A stretch of 52,042 bases of DNA from Sulfurimonadaceae bacterium. GTDB lineage: Bacteria; Campylobacterota; Campylobacteria; Campylobacterales; Sulfurimonadaceae. Below are positions 7,985 to 18,706 of this stretch, one piece after another (positions within the stretch are counted from its first letter, which is position 1; every line of letters starts with the position of its first letter). The position numbers and the translations under genes are program-made. The notes beneath the pieces are model-generated. The model made no database searches. It saw only the letters and a list, made by a program, of their open reading frames with translations, and had not been told where the DNA came from. The stretch spans positions 1-52,042 of the forward strand of contig JBFFUI010000012.1 of NCBI GenBank assembly GCA_041571435.1. Reading direction: 5' to 3'.

Positions 7985-8902
7985 ATGTCAACATATGTTG
8001 TCGGACACACCAACCCGGACTCTGACTCTATCGTCGGGGCTATCTCTCTTTCATACTTGAAAAACCAGCTAGGTGAAGACTGTATTCCCACACGTCAAGG
8101 CAAGGTCTCTGCAGAGACAGAGTTCATCCTGAACACATTCGGCGGCGAAGTGCCTGAACTGAAGACCTCTTATGCTGGTGAGAATGTTTACATCGTCGAC
8201 TTTTCCGACTATGGTCAAGCACCGGACGATATCAAAGAGGCGACGATCCTGGGTATTGTTGACCACCATAAACTCGGTGACATCATCACATCGACACCGT
8301 TGGAGTGCTGGATCAGACCGATCGGCTGTTCAAACACGGTGATCTACGAGATGTACCGATCGTATGACGTTGAGATCCCTAAAAACATCGCCGGGATGAT
8401 GATGCTGGCGATCTTGAGCGACACGGTGATCTTCAAGTCACCGACCTGTACCAAAGTCGACACAAAAGCCGTGAAAGAGCTGGCAAAGATCGCCGGTATC
8501 GAAGACTACAAAGCGTTGGCGATGGAGATGTTCATTGTCAAGTCGGCTGTCGAAGGTGCGACGGCACGAGATCTTAATACCAGAGACTATAAACCGTTTG
8601 ACATGAACGGCAGCAAAGTCGGCGTGAACCAACTTGAGATGATCGATATCAGCGCTCTTGACGACAAAAAAGCGATGATCTTTGAGGATATGCAGAAGAT
8701 GAAAGAGGAAGAGGGGCTTCACACGATGATGGTCCTTTTGACCGACATCATGAAAGAGGGCTCGCAGGTACTTGTCCTCAGTGACGACATCAGCAAGATC
8801 GAGAGCGGTCTTAATACCAAGTTCGTCAACAACGAAGCTTGGCTTGACGGCGTTCTCAGCCGTAAAAAACAGATCATCCCTTTTATTCAGCCGCAGTTTT
8901 AA
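7985..8902 (+). CDS. ppaC: Manganese-dependent (family II) inorganic pyrophosphatase
   Basis: GHTNPDSDS, DHH, AILSDT, SRKKQIIP; TATAAT at 7943-7948. Confidence 0.95.
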   Translation: MSTYVVGHTNPDSDSIVGAISLSYLKNQLGEDCIPTRQGKVSAETEFILNTFGGEVPELKTSYAGENVYIVDFSDYGQAPDDIKEATILGIVDHHKLGDIITSTPLECWIRPIGCSNTVIYEMYRSYDVEIPKNIAGMMMLAILSDTVIFKSPTCTKVDTKAVKELAKIAGIEDYKALAMEMFIVKSAVEGATARDLNTRDYKPFDMNGSKVGVNQLEMIDISALDDKKAMIFEDMQKMKEEEGLHTMMVLLTDIMKEGSQVLVLSDDISKIESGLNTKFVNNEAWLDGVLSRKKQIIPFIQPQF

Positions 8903-8911
8903 TCTCTCTAC

Positions 8912-8932
8912 TATCCCGGAATATCCGGGATA
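8912..8932 (+). terminator. Perfect 9-bp hairpin after ppaC
   Basis: TATCCCGGA ata TCCGGGATA followed by TCTCTT. Confidence 0.55.
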
Positions 8933-8972
8933 TCTCTTACCGGTACAATCTCCCCGATCTAAAGGCGAAACG

Positions 8973-10718
8973 ATGGCAGAAAAGACATTTACCAAAGGCA
9001 AAGAGCGCGACCTGGAGTCGACTATCGAGATGCTGCAGAGCATACTGAACAGCTGGGGCATTGATGTCGAAGTGGATTCGCATCTGAATCCTGTACCCCA
9101 TGTCCACTCCCTGCAGCTGAGAGACAAAGCGTGCAGCGTGATGGTTGCCAACGGCAACGGCACCTCTGAAAAGGCAGCTCTCGCCAGTGCACTGGGTAAC
9201 TTCTTTACGCGTTTAAGCAGCGACGATTTCTTTGCAGACTATTACCTCGGCAAAGAGATCGCCAGCAGCGCTTTTGTACACTCCCCTGATGAGAAATGGT
9301 TTATAGATGAAGAAGGTGAGATGCCAGAGGAACTTCTGGATGAAGCGTTGTGGGACGTTTATGACCCTGAAGCCGACTTGGAACCCGAAGAGCTTGTTGA
9401 TCTCAATTCGGGTGCGGACGAGCGCGGTGTCTGTGCCGTGCCGTTCGTGCGCCAGAGTGACGCTGAGACGATTTATTTTCCGGTCAACATCATCCAGAAC
9501 CTCTATGCCGGCAACGGCACAGCCACCGGTAACAGTGCCAACGAGGCCAGAGTGCAGGCCTTGTCGGAGATCTGTGAAAACTACACAAAAAAGAAGGTTA
9601 TTGCCGAAGGTCTCAGCCTGCCCGAAGTCCCGGCTGCGGTCATCGCCCGTTTTCAGGATATCGATGCGTCCGTTGCAGCACTCAAGGCAGAGGGCTTTAA
9701 CCTGCGCATCGCGGATGCATCACTGGGCGGAGTGTACCCGGTTCTCAGTGTCGCCCTTATACGCCCTGAAACGGGTGGGGTACTGGTCTCGTTCGGTGCC
9801 CATCCCTATTTCGAGACGGCCTTGGAACGGGCGGTAACGAAACTGCTACAGGGGCGTGAACTTGCATCTGTCGATGGCTTCCAGGTCCCTTCCTTTAATC
9901 TGAAAGCGGTTGCAGAGAGCCACAATCTGGTCGGACATCTTACTGAGGAAACAGGTCTGATCGCCTATGACTTTTTCAAACAGGAGCCCGATCACGGTTT
10001 TGTCGACTGGAACCATGATGTCGATGCGCAGGGCCAGTTTGATCTGCTCTCTAAGATCATCGATGAGAGCGGTCATGATATCTATATTGCGCAGCATCAG
10101 TATCAGGATATCCACACCTGCCGTGTTATCGTGCCCGGGATGTCGGAGATCTATCCGGTAGAGGACCTTGCGTGGAACAACAACAACGAAGGTGCCGAAT
10201 ATCGAGAGCAGCTTCTCTCTTTGGACAAGCTGGGTATAGAGGGATGGGAAAGCGTGTTGGAAGACCTTGAAGACGAGGGGCTTTCCGATACGAAGAAAGT
10301 GGCAGAGCTTATCGGCGTGGCTGCTGATGAAGACACAGAGTGGGCACTGCTTCAGGTCGGTACGCTTAAAGGGATGCTTGCCCTGGCTTTGGAAGAGTAC
10401 GAAAAAGCGATGGAGTGGATCGACTGGTCGCTACACCTCGGTCAGATCAGCCCAATGCAGAGACAGCACTTTCAATGTATCAAGGCGCTGCTTACGATCG
10501 TATTGGACGATGAAAAAAGCTTTGCCAGTTATCGAGACAGCCTGCAACTTCTCTATGGTGCAGAGACGCTTCAGAGATGCGTTGACCTGGTTCAGAGTAA
10601 AACACAGTTTCACGGCCTCCATTTTCCCGGGCTGAGTCTGGAAGGGTTTAAAACCCATCTGACACTGCTTGAGGGCTATAAGAAACTGCACAGAGCAAAA
10701 CAAGAGGGCTGGAGTTAA
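8973..10718 (+). CDS. ycaO: YcaO-family protein (E. coli YcaO-like) with a degenerate ATP site
   Basis: [49 protein letters not shown]; start moved to ATG 8973 because the longer ORF overlaps ppaC. Confidence 0.88.
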   Translation: MAEKTFTKGKERDLESTIEMLQSILNSWGIDVEVDSHLNPVPHVHSLQLRDKACSVMVANGNGTSEKAALASALGNFFTRLSSDDFFADYYLGKEIASSAFVHSPDEKWFIDEEGEMPEELLDEALWDVYDPEADLEPEELVDLNSGADERGVCAVPFVRQSDAETIYFPVNIIQNLYAGNGTATGNSANEARVQALSEICENYTKKKVIAEGLSLPEVPAAVIARFQDIDASVAALKAEGFNLRIADASLGGVYPVLSVALIRPETGGVLVSFGAHPYFETALERAVTKLLQGRELASVDGFQVPSFNLKAVAESHNLVGHLTEETGLIAYDFFKQEPDHGFVDWNHDVDAQGQFDLLSKIIDESGHDIYIAQHQYQDIHTCRVIVPGMSEIYPVEDLAWNNNNEGAEYREQLLSLDKLGIEGWESVLEDLEDEGLSDTKKVAELIGVAADEDTEWALLQVGTLKGMLALALEEYEKAMEWIDWSLHLGQISPMQRQHFQCIKALLTIVLDDEKSFASYRDSLQLLYGAETLQRCVDLVQSKTQFHGLHFPGLSLEGFKTHLTLLEGYKKLHRAKQEGWS

Positions 10719-10719
10719 T

Positions 10720-10953
10720 ATGGATAGTGAACACAAGAACAACCCGCTTCACGGCGTTACATTGAAGATGATATTGACGGAACTGGTTGAGCATTACGGC
10801 TGGAATGAGTTATCGAACTATGTCGAGATCCGCTGTTTTTACAACGACCCCTCTATAAACTCCAGTCTGAAGTTTTTACGAAAGACCCCATGGGCAAGGA
10901 AAAAAGTCGAGGAGCTGTATGTCGACCTGCTTAAAGACCGTGCCAAAGAGTAG
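10720..10953 (+). CDS. VF530/DUF2132 family small DNA-binding protein
   Basis: [29 protein letters not shown]. Confidence 0.9.
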   Translation: MDSEHKNNPLHGVTLKMILTELVEHYGWNELSNYVEIRCFYNDPSINSSLKFLRKTPWARKKVEELYVDLLKDRAKE

Positions 10954-10994
10954 ACGGCATACAAGTGGGCAAAGCTACCTCACTTGACGATTTG

Positions 10995-11552
10995 TTATGT
11001 ACCGAAAAGCTTGCCGAACACGCCGAAAATATTTTTGAACTTTTTCTGGTGAAGGTCCTCGACGAACTCTGCATAATCACGGAAACCATCATTATGGAGT
11101 TTTAGTTCAAGGAACATCTCCGCATCTTTTTCACCTTTGGTCTTCTCAATGTCAATCAACTTTTCATAAAGCGATTCCACATCACCTAATACTTTTTTAG
11201 GTACCGGGTAGCGATTAGAACGGAAGCCCCGGATCTCTTTTTGTTTGTTGAAAAGAGGCTTGTATTCAGAATAGACCCAGTAGTATTTGCCATCTTTTCT
11301 GCGGTTTTTGACAATAGCTTTGTACTCTTTTCCCTGTTTTTGTGCATCCCAAAGTAGTTTAAAAACAGTTTTAGGCATGTGTGGATGGCGAACGATATTG
11401 TGTGAAGAACCTACGAGTTCCTCTTCTTTATAGCCAGAAAGTTCAACAAAATAGTCGTTTAAATAGACAATATTTCCTCTTGTATCTGTTTCAGAGAGAA
11501 TCTCACGCTTCGAGTTGACCGGGACTTCAATATCCAGTGGTCCTAATGCCAT
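10995..11552 (-). CDS. Stand-alone PAS-domain protein (Aer/CetB-like)
   Basis: SETDTRGNIVYLN, HNIVRHPHMPK, VKNRRKDGKYYWV. Confidence 0.88.
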   Translation of the reverse strand: MALGPLDIEVPVNSKREILSETDTRGNIVYLNDYFVELSGYKEEELVGSSHNIVRHPHMPKTVFKLLWDAQKQGKEYKAIVKNRRKDGKYYWVYSEYKPLFNKQKEIRGFRSNRYPVPKKVLGDVESLYEKLIDIEKTKGEKDAEMFLELKLHNDGFRDYAEFVEDLHQKKFKNIFGVFGKLFGT

Positions 11553-11760
11553 GATTATCCTTTTATCATATAAAATTGGATGGAATTCTACTCATATATC
11601 ATTAAGCACTACTTAAAACATAAAGTCCTTGAAAGCCCTTTTTCATGGCATTTGCGACGGTTTTATTAGCCATTTTATCAACGTCTTTTTTTGAGGTTTA
11701 CAATCGACATTTATAGAGTTAGATGATAGAATGCATTTTTATCTATAAATAGGAATCATC

Positions 11761-12975
11761 TTGATACACAAAGTCAAAAAATATGCCACGACCAACCGTC
11801 TGGTACTTCTTGGGATCGGATTGGGCGTTCTGTTCGGGATCTACTTTCCCGAACTTTCACTTCAGCAGAAGATCATAGGCTCCGCCTTCATCGCGTTTCT
11901 AAAGATGCTGGTCGTACCGCTTGTCTTTGCCAGTATCTATACGGCTATTCTGGGGCTGGGCTCGCTGCATCATCTAAAAACCATCGGGGGACGCACGATA
12001 GGGTTCTATGTCCTAACGACGGCATTGGCTGTCGTCTTGGCGATCATTGCCATGAACATCTTTACTATCGGTGAACCGGTCAGCACTGAAGGGCTGGCGT
12101 TTGAGAAAGCGGCCACCATCGCGCCGTTCTCTTTTCAGGCGATGATACTCAGTTTCATCCCGACCAATGTCTTCGGCGCATTGGCGGACGGTGCGATGAT
12201 GCAGATCATTGTCTTTGCCATCCTCTTCGGTGTGGCCTCTCTCTATCTGAAAGAGTCGGAGCAGGTATCGCTGAACCTCTTCTTTACAGCGGTGAGCAAT
12301 GTGATGTTAAAGATGGCAGAGTGGGTGATCCTGATGACGCCGATCGGTGTATTCAGTCTGATCTCCTATGTCATCGCAGATCAGGGTATTGATGTTGTAC
12401 TGGGACTGTGGTCATATATCCTGGTAGTGGTCGGCGTCATCCTTGTGCATGGCATTGTTACACTGCCGGCCGTTTTGGCCTTCTTTGGCCGTGTCAATCC
12501 TTTTAAATACCTATCTGACGTAAGAGAAGCGCCCATTATGGCCTTCTCTACAGCATCGTCTGCGGCGACACTGCCGGTCTCGATGCGTGTGGTGGAAGAG
12601 ATGGGAGAGGTCGATACCAAGACTGCCTCTTTTGTCCTGCCGCTGGGTGCCACGGTCTCGATGGACGGCACTGCAGCCTACCTGACCATCGCGGTGCTTT
12701 ATATCGCCAACCTTGCCGGTGTGGATCTTACTTTCGGTGACCAGGTGCTTTTAGGTGTGACGGTCGTGGCACTGAGTGTCGGTGTCGCGGCACTGCCGAG
12801 TGCTTCGCTGGTGATGATGGTCGTTATCCTGAACCAGTTGGGTCTGCCGGTAGAGTACATAGCGCTGATCGTCGCAGTGGACCGCATCCTGGATATGTGC
12901 CGCACTTCGCTTAACGTCACCTCTGACCTTGTCGTGGCCAAGATCGTCGATCAGTATGAAAAAAGACGTGTTTAA
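11761..12975 (+). CDS. Dicarboxylate/amino acid:cation symporter (DAACS/SDF)
   Basis: AFSTASSAATLP, PLGATVSMDGTA, DRILDMCRTSLNV. Confidence 0.92.
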   Translation: MIHKVKKYATTNRLVLLGIGLGVLFGIYFPELSLQQKIIGSAFIAFLKMLVVPLVFASIYTAILGLGSLHHLKTIGGRTIGFYVLTTALAVVLAIIAMNIFTIGEPVSTEGLAFEKAATIAPFSFQAMILSFIPTNVFGALADGAMMQIIVFAILFGVASLYLKESEQVSLNLFFTAVSNVMLKMAEWVILMTPIGVFSLISYVIADQGIDVVLGLWSYILVVVGVILVHGIVTLPAVLAFFGRVNPFKYLSDVREAPIMAFSTASSAATLPVSMRVVEEMGEVDTKTASFVLPLGATVSMDGTAAYLTIAVLYIANLAGVDLTFGDQVLLGVTVVALSVGVAALPSASLVMMVVILNQLGLPVEYIALIVAVDRILDMCRTSLNVTSDLVVAKIVDQYEKRRV

Positions 12976-12980
12976 GCGTC

Positions 12981-13676
12981 ATGCAGTCAATTGAACTCCT
13001 TTTTGAGAATGACGACTTTCTCCTTGTCGACAAACCGGCCGGACTGAACTTTCACAGTGAGGAGGAGGCGGGACTTGTTGTCCAGACAAAAGAGCTGACC
13101 GGTGTGCCAGAGCTTTACCCCGTTCATCGTCTTGACAAGATGACATCGGGGCTGGTGCTTTTTGCCAAGACAAAAGAGGCGGCGCAGCTTTTTGGCATGA
13201 TGTTCGAAGGGCGTCAGCTCGAGAAGTACTACCTTGCCATCTCACTGCGCAAGCCCAAGAAGAAGCAGGGGTGGATCAAGGGGGATATGCAGAGCGCGCG
13301 TCGCGGTGACTGGATGCTTTTAAATACCATGGAAAACCCAGCTGTCACCCAGTTCCATTCTATAGCGCTGCGTGAAGGCGAACGTGGGTTTCTCATCAAA
13401 CCGCACACCGGAAAGACTCATCAGATCAGGGTGGCGCTAAAGAGTCTTGGGGCACCGATAGCCGGAGACATGCGCTATGCCAGAAGCGAAGAGGCAAAAA
13501 AAGAGGAGAGAGGCTACCTGCACGCCTATGCGCTTCGTTTTAGCTTCGGCGGTGTGGCATTTTCGTTTGTCCAGCCGCCAAAAGAGGGGGAACGCTTTTT
13601 AAGTGCGTCATTTCGTGATACACTTGCAGAGAGATGGGCACGGCCCTGGGAACTATTCGACAAAGGCCAACAATGA
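12981..13676 (+). CDS. RluA-family pseudouridine synthase (TIGR01621-like)
   Basis: DKPAG, VHRLDKMTSG, TGKTHQIRV, LHAY. Confidence 0.92.
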   Translation: MQSIELLFENDDFLLVDKPAGLNFHSEEEAGLVVQTKELTGVPELYPVHRLDKMTSGLVLFAKTKEAAQLFGMMFEGRQLEKYYLAISLRKPKKKQGWIKGDMQSARRGDWMLLNTMENPAVTQFHSIALREGERGFLIKPHTGKTHQIRVALKSLGAPIAGDMRYARSEEAKKEERGYLHAYALRFSFGGVAFSFVQPPKEGERFLSASFRDTLAERWARPWELFDKGQQ

Positions 13677-14182
13677 AATCGCTTGAGAAGATTCTGCATA
13701 CAGATGAGTCCATTTTGGTTGCGGCCGAGATGTCAAAGACCTTTTATAACGGCATACTCTCTCTCTATGCACTCGGGTTCTTACTGCTGTTCATCGGGTA
13801 TGAGTATGAGATCGGTGTCATCGGAGTCGTCCTTATACTACGCACTTTCTACATGCACATGCAGGAGATACGGGAGAAAAAGCATTACCACTGCATCCTG
13901 ACGCAAAAGCGAATCATCATCCTTAAAGGGTTTAAAAAACGGGAGATCTTTCCTATCGAACTCGATGAGATAAGGACGATTTATATCAAACCCTACAATG
14001 AACGACTGAAAAAGTTTATCGATGTCGGGACGCTCGAAGTGCTAACGACATCGGGCGGGCGTTACGTCATCAGCCATATCAAAAAGCCCTACGCCTACCA
14101 CCGTGCGATCATCGGCGATATCGTCAGTGCCAGCAGCTACAGCAACCGCGAACTGAAAAAAGGGGTGGTCACCCGCAGCTAG
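13673..14182 (+). CDS. Membrane protein with a bacterial PH-like domain
   Basis: Two TM helices, then LTQKRIII..G / IELDEI / GTLEV pattern; ATGA overlap with the upstream gene. Confidence 0.65.
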   Translation: MKSLEKILHTDESILVAAEMSKTFYNGILSLYALGFLLLFIGYEYEIGVIGVVLILRTFYMHMQEIREKKHYHCILTQKRIIILKGFKKREIFPIELDEIRTIYIKPYNERLKKFIDVGTLEVLTTSGGRYVISHIKKPYAYHRAIIGDIVSASSYSNRELKKGVVTRS

Positions 14183-15054
14183 CGTTTAGAGCGCTGAGAA
14201 CGGTTGATGAGAAAGACACCGAAGAGTGTCACCGCTCCGCCGACGACGATATGCAGCTCCACACTTTCGCCTAAAAGAAAATAACTTGTGACCAGGGCAA
14301 AAATCGGTACCAAAAACATGTAGGAACTTGCATGGGATGAACCGAGCCGGCCCGAAGCGATGAAGTAGATGGTGGTGGCAACGGTCTGGCCGAATACAGC
14401 AAGATAAAGCAGTGCAGCCCAAAAGGCGGCCCCCTCATCGGCAACCGCCATGATATCATAGGGAAGGGCGATGAAAAAGAAGATGAGTGTGGCAAATATG
14501 GCGATATAAAAGCTGTAGTGCACGGGATGGATAACGGCATGGGAGTGCTGGGAGATCAAGGTCAACACCGCCCAGACCACGGCACAGAGAAAGAAGTAAA
14601 ACTCGGCACCGTTAAGATCGCCGATCAGAGTGGTGACTTTTAACATGATGAGGCCGCCGATAAAGCCGACGACAAGACCGACGATCTGCATCTTCGGCGG
14701 GTGCTTTTTAAAGAAGAGTGAGACGAGCATAAAGGTCAGAACGGGGGAGAAGGTCGTGATGATAACGCCGCCGCTTCCTGCAAAACCTTTTTGCACCCCG
14801 ATGAAAGCAAAGACCATGAACAGGACGTTCAAAACGGCACTCGGCACAATATACTTGAGGGCTTCTCGTTTAAGTGTAAGCGGTTTTTTGAGAAAAAGGA
14901 GCACCGGCACAAAGGCGAAGATCATTAAAAAAAAGCGCCAGAATGAGACCACCTCTACGGGCAGCGCATAAGTAAGCACTTTAAGTGCAGGCCATCCTGC
15001 ACCCCAGAGGAACATGGCAAATATAAGAAGATAGGTGAAATGTTTTGATTGCAC
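14179..15054 (-). CDS. DMT/EamA family transporter
   Basis: About 10 TM helices in two EamA repeats; PIFALVTSYFLLGE. Confidence 0.9.
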   Translation of the reverse strand: MQSKHFTYLLIFAMFLWGAGWPALKVLTYALPVEVVSFWRFFLMIFAFVPVLLFLKKPLTLKREALKYIVPSAVLNVLFMVFAFIGVQKGFAGSGGVIITTFSPVLTFMLVSLFFKKHPPKMQIVGLVVGFIGGLIMLKVTTLIGDLNGAEFYFFLCAVVWAVLTLISQHSHAVIHPVHYSFYIAIFATLIFFFIALPYDIMAVADEGAAFWAALLYLAVFGQTVATTIYFIASGRLGSSHASSYMFLVPIFALVTSYFLLGESVELHIVVGGAVTLFGVFLINRSQRSKR

Positions 15055-15127
15055 AGCTGCTAGAACCTCTAATCCGTATGAATGCGGGATTATAGCTTAT
15101 TTAGAGGTTCAAAAGGCTCTTTAGGGG

Positions 15128-15478
15128 TTAGCTTTCGCAATTGTAGATATAGTCCGGTGAGATTGAAAATTCTTCACAGGGCTTGATAATACCATAAAGT
15201 GCCAGTTCGCGGCCGCTTATATGAGCAATGGACTTGCCCTTTTCATCCAAAAAGATGAACGTCTCATGCGGATGTTCGGACTTTTTGATGAACTTTGAAA
15301 ATATGACATAAACAGCTTCTTCCACTACCGGAAAATCCTTTTTTAAACTTTGACTCTTCTCTGAAGTGTGGTCGACTTTTCTAATCTCGAGAAGATCCGA
15401 CTGAACGGATTCCTGTAATACGGGAAGGAGTTCAGGAAGAACTTCATGCAGATTAGAGTATTTTGGTATGTCATGCAT
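15128..15478 (-). CDS. Hypothetical protein
   Basis: 116-aa ORF with a strong SD (AAGGAG). Confidence 0.7.
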   Translation of the reverse strand: MHDIPKYSNLHEVLPELLPVLQESVQSDLLEIRKVDHTSEKSQSLKKDFPVVEEAVYVIFSKFIKKSEHPHETFIFLDEKGKSIAHISGRELALYGIIKPCEEFSISPDYIYNCES

Positions 15479-15684
15479 AATGGTCTCCTTCTCATTTATT
15501 CATATATTAACTATCATAAAGCACATTTCAATAAAAACAGTTTAAGGATATGTTCGAAAAATATTTTTTATATACGCTTATGAATCCTGGGAAAAATGAT
15601 TCATATTATGCCCCCGCACGGGTTTAGAGCTCTCCTTAATTGTTTATGATGTAGACTTTAACGACTTTAAAAAAGAGAGAGTAT

Positions 15685-16839
15685 ATGCACTACTTTTTAC
15701 TATTTTTACTGTTGGTAATGAATGGCTTTGCGGATGAGCTTGTGACGGGTGCTCAGAACCTGCAGGCCTATCTGCCTTCTCTAAAGAACAAACGTGTTGC
15801 CGTCGTTGTCAACCCCTCATCTGTTGTTGGTAATACCCATCTTGTTGATCTGCTCGTAAAAAACAGGGTCAAGGTCAAGAGCATCTTCGCACCGGAGCAC
15901 GGCTTCAGAGGCGATGCGGACGCGGGCGAGCATATCAAGGACGGCTATGATCGAAAGAGCGGTCTGCCCATCGTTTCACTCTACGGCAGGCATAAGAAAC
16001 CCACGCATGAAGACCTTGACGGTATCGAGATCATTCTCTTTGATATTCAGGATGTCGGCGTCCGCTTTTACACCTATCTTTCAACCCTGCATTATGTCAT
16101 GGAAGCGGCAGCGGAGAACAACATCTCCATTGTCGTTCTGGACCGTCCAAATCCCAATGGAGACCGCATTGACGGTCCTATGCTGAAGAAAGCGTTCCGC
16201 TCTTTTGTAGGACTGCATCCGGTACCGATACTCTATGGCATGACCATCGGCGAGTATGCGCGGATGATCAACGGGGAAGGGTGGCTAAAAGGCGGTGTCA
16301 AGGCTGACCTTAAGGTCGTTGCACTGCAAAACTACAGACGCAGTGACTTTTATCATCTGCCTGTAAAACCTTCGCCAAATCTGCCGAACGATCTCTCTGT
16401 CATACTCTACCCGTCACTGGCACTGTTTGAAGGTACGGTGTTCTCTGTCGGACGCGGTACGACAAAACCGTTTCAGCTTTATGGCGCACCGAAATATACC
16501 AAAAAAGAGTTCACCTTCATTCCTGAACCGAGAGACGGTGCAAAGTACCCAAAACACAACGGCAAGGTCTGCTACGGAGTCGATCTTAGCAGTGCGGATG
16601 CAGAGAAGCTCCATGAGAGCAAGCAGATGCGTTTGGACTACCTGCTTGACGCCTACAAACACTACGGAGAGAAATCGGATTTCTTTTTGAAAAACAACTT
16701 TTTTGACCGTCTGGCTGGGAGTGATGAACTGCGCAAACAGATCATTGCCGGTCAAAGTGAACAAGAGATAAGAATGAGTTGGGAAGAAGATCTTAACCAG
16801 TTTAAAGTGAGACGAAAAAAATACCTGTTTTATCAGTAA
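15685..16839 (+). CDS. namZ: Exo-beta-N-acetylmuramidase NamZ (DUF1343) family
   Basis: FAPEHGFRG, FDIQDVGVRFYTYLST, LDRPNPNG, PSPNLP, SVGRGT. Confidence 0.9.
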   Translation: MHYFLLFLLLVMNGFADELVTGAQNLQAYLPSLKNKRVAVVVNPSSVVGNTHLVDLLVKNRVKVKSIFAPEHGFRGDADAGEHIKDGYDRKSGLPIVSLYGRHKKPTHEDLDGIEIILFDIQDVGVRFYTYLSTLHYVMEAAAENNISIVVLDRPNPNGDRIDGPMLKKAFRSFVGLHPVPILYGMTIGEYARMINGEGWLKGGVKADLKVVALQNYRRSDFYHLPVKPSPNLPNDLSVILYPSLALFEGTVFSVGRGTTKPFQLYGAPKYTKKEFTFIPEPRDGAKYPKHNGKVCYGVDLSSADAEKLHESKQMRLDYLLDAYKHYGEKSDFFLKNNFFDRLAGSDELRKQIIAGQSEQEIRMSWEEDLNQFKVRRKKYLFYQ

Positions 16840-16869
16840 AGACGCCGAAGCTACTCTCGATGGAGACTG

Positions 16870-18222
16870 TTAATATAAAAAACTGTATTGAAACTGTAAA
16901 AAAACTTTAGAAGCATCGTTTTGCGCGATGCTATTTTCGGTAATAAAGTCGCCAGCGTTTAAAAAAGCCCCGATAGCTAACAGTTCAAGCGCTTTGGTAG
17001 CTTGATATTTTACGATGAGATCATACTCATTACCGATGTGGGTATAGGTGTTGCCTGGCTTGTTCTTATAACCGAAAAGATACCACTTGTCAGCAGCTTC
17101 TGCAAGGTTGAAATGGTGGTATTCAAACTGCATCTTCATCTTATCAATGGGTTTAAAAGCTGCCTTGGCTTGAATATCGCTCATATTTGACCAGACCATC
17201 ACATCCATACGACCGTAATGAAGGCCGTCATTTGCACCAAAGGGTGCAGAAAATGTTTGAAACTCATTGTCATTTGGGTCTTTATCCCCCGATGCGTAGA
17301 CATAACCGACACTTAACATTGGATCGTAGCTACTTGCAAACTTGTAGCCGCCTTTTACGACATAGGCATAGGCATCTACATCATCGCCGCCATAACTTCC
17401 AAGCTGTTTGACCGCTGTTGCGTCATAGATGAGCCCGCTGCTAAGGTCATAGACCCTGAACCCGCCGTAGTAGTAGTTGAGTTCGGGCTTTTGCTGATGG
17501 TAAAGATTGTTTCTCCACGCGCCAAAAGGTTCAATGGTTACAGCTGATGTCTCAAAATGGCCGTAAAGACCGACGCCTTGAAAGCGGTGCTTGTTAAGGA
17601 TACTGAAGTCATCGGGTTCTTTGACTCTCGTCTGCCCATACCAAAGATCGACAAAGTCGCTTCCATCTTTATAGGAGAGGTGCGCTGCATCCCATAGCCA
17701 ACCCATCGTGTTTCCCCATTTTCCGGGACCAAAGATACGTCTGTCACCATAGCCCAACTGCTGTCGACCCAACGTAAATGTCAGCTTTTTGTTAAAAAAA
17801 TCGTGGCGTCGTATGTAGGTCTCAAAAAGTTCCAGATGATCATCATAATAGGACATTGTGTATTCGTCGGGCGTGGCGGAATTTTTAGTAAAATCGTCTG
17901 CATCCAGTGATGAACCCCAAGAACGGCCATCATACATGTACGCTTTTATCTCCCACTTTTCATCGGGTCTGTAGGTGAGGCCGGCAATGATCTGCTGCAG
18001 GTAGATCGTGTCATCTGAGTTACCTCTGACATCTCCGTTCGCATCGATTGCGTCATCGCCGTAAGCCGCTTTGTTGACGCCGCTGTAGATATCTGCACGA
18101 CCACGATAGTGGCCGCTGAAGATAAGGTTACCAGCCGTCTGTTCTTTGAGTTGAGGCGGTGTTGATACATTTTGCTCAGCGTTAAGCAACGCAAAGGTAA
18201 AAAGCAAAAGGTATCTGTACAT
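16870..18222 (-). CDS. Alginate-export (AlgE-like) family outer-membrane beta-barrel
   Basis: Signal peptide, LGRQQLGYGDRRIFG, YASGD, alternating aromatic beta pattern at the C-terminus. Confidence 0.75.
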   Translation of the reverse strand: MYRYLLLFTFALLNAEQNVSTPPQLKEQTAGNLIFSGHYRGRADIYSGVNKAAYGDDAIDANGDVRGNSDDTIYLQQIIAGLTYRPDEKWEIKAYMYDGRSWGSSLDADDFTKNSATPDEYTMSYYDDHLELFETYIRRHDFFNKKLTFTLGRQQLGYGDRRIFGPGKWGNTMGWLWDAAHLSYKDGSDFVDLWYGQTRVKEPDDFSILNKHRFQGVGLYGHFETSAVTIEPFGAWRNNLYHQQKPELNYYYGGFRVYDLSSGLIYDATAVKQLGSYGGDDVDAYAYVVKGGYKFASSYDPMLSVGYVYASGDKDPNDNEFQTFSAPFGANDGLHYGRMDVMVWSNMSDIQAKAAFKPIDKMKMQFEYHHFNLAEAADKWYLFGYKNKPGNTYTHIGNEYDLIVKYQATKALELLAIGAFLNAGDFITENSIAQNDASKVFLQFQYSFLY

Positions 18223-18617
18223 TATTTTTGTGCAGTGTTGGCTTGTTTAAGAAGTTTTAAAAAGAATGGTGCAGTTTTGCCGCCTATAAGGGTCTCTCGC
18301 AGCTTAGTACCGTCATAAGAGATAAAATGAAAGACAGGCGTGACATTGACTTGAAAATCTTTCGGTGCATCGTTTTTGTGAATATCCAATGCAACAGCGA
18401 CATAGTGCTGATCGAGGTAGGCAACAACCTCTTTATCGGTAAAGACATTCTCTTTCATATAGGCACATGAACCGCACCCTTTTTTATTCATAAACAGCAG
18501 TATAGGTTTGTTCTGAGACTTGGCACTCTTTTGTGCTTCTGAATATGAGTAGAACCACGCCGGTTCACTTGCATTAAGTCCAAGTGTAAGTAGAATAGAT
18601 AGAAGGATCTTCCGCAT
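18222..18617 (-). CDS. Periplasmic thioredoxin-family protein (SoxW/DsbD-like)
   Basis: Signal peptide, CGSC motif, cis-Pro loop VTP. Confidence 0.85.
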   Translation of the reverse strand: MRKILLSILLTLGLNASEPAWFYSYSEAQKSAKSQNKPILLFMNKKGCGSCAYMKENVFTDKEVVAYLDQHYVAVALDIHKNDAPKDFQVNVTPVFHFISYDGTKLRETLIGGKTAPFFLKLLKQANTAQK

Positions 18618-18631
18618 TATTTTCCTTGGTT

Positions 18632-18651
18632 ATTTAGCGCTATTGCTAAAT
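18632..18651. promoter_or_regulatory. Palindromic operator ATTTAGC-N6-GCTAAAT (putative ArsR site 1)
   Basis: Inverted repeat just upstream of the thioredoxin start; a second copy is at 19145. Confidence 0.6.
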
Positions 18652-18706
18652 TGTTGATAAAATATTAAACTACGAGGCCTTAAAGGTGAGTTAATTGTCT
18701 AAATTG

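Noticed and set aside
8772-8972. N-terminal extension of the YcaO ORF given in the ORF track
   Set aside because: It overlaps ppaC and its hairpin; YcaO similarity begins at Met 8973.
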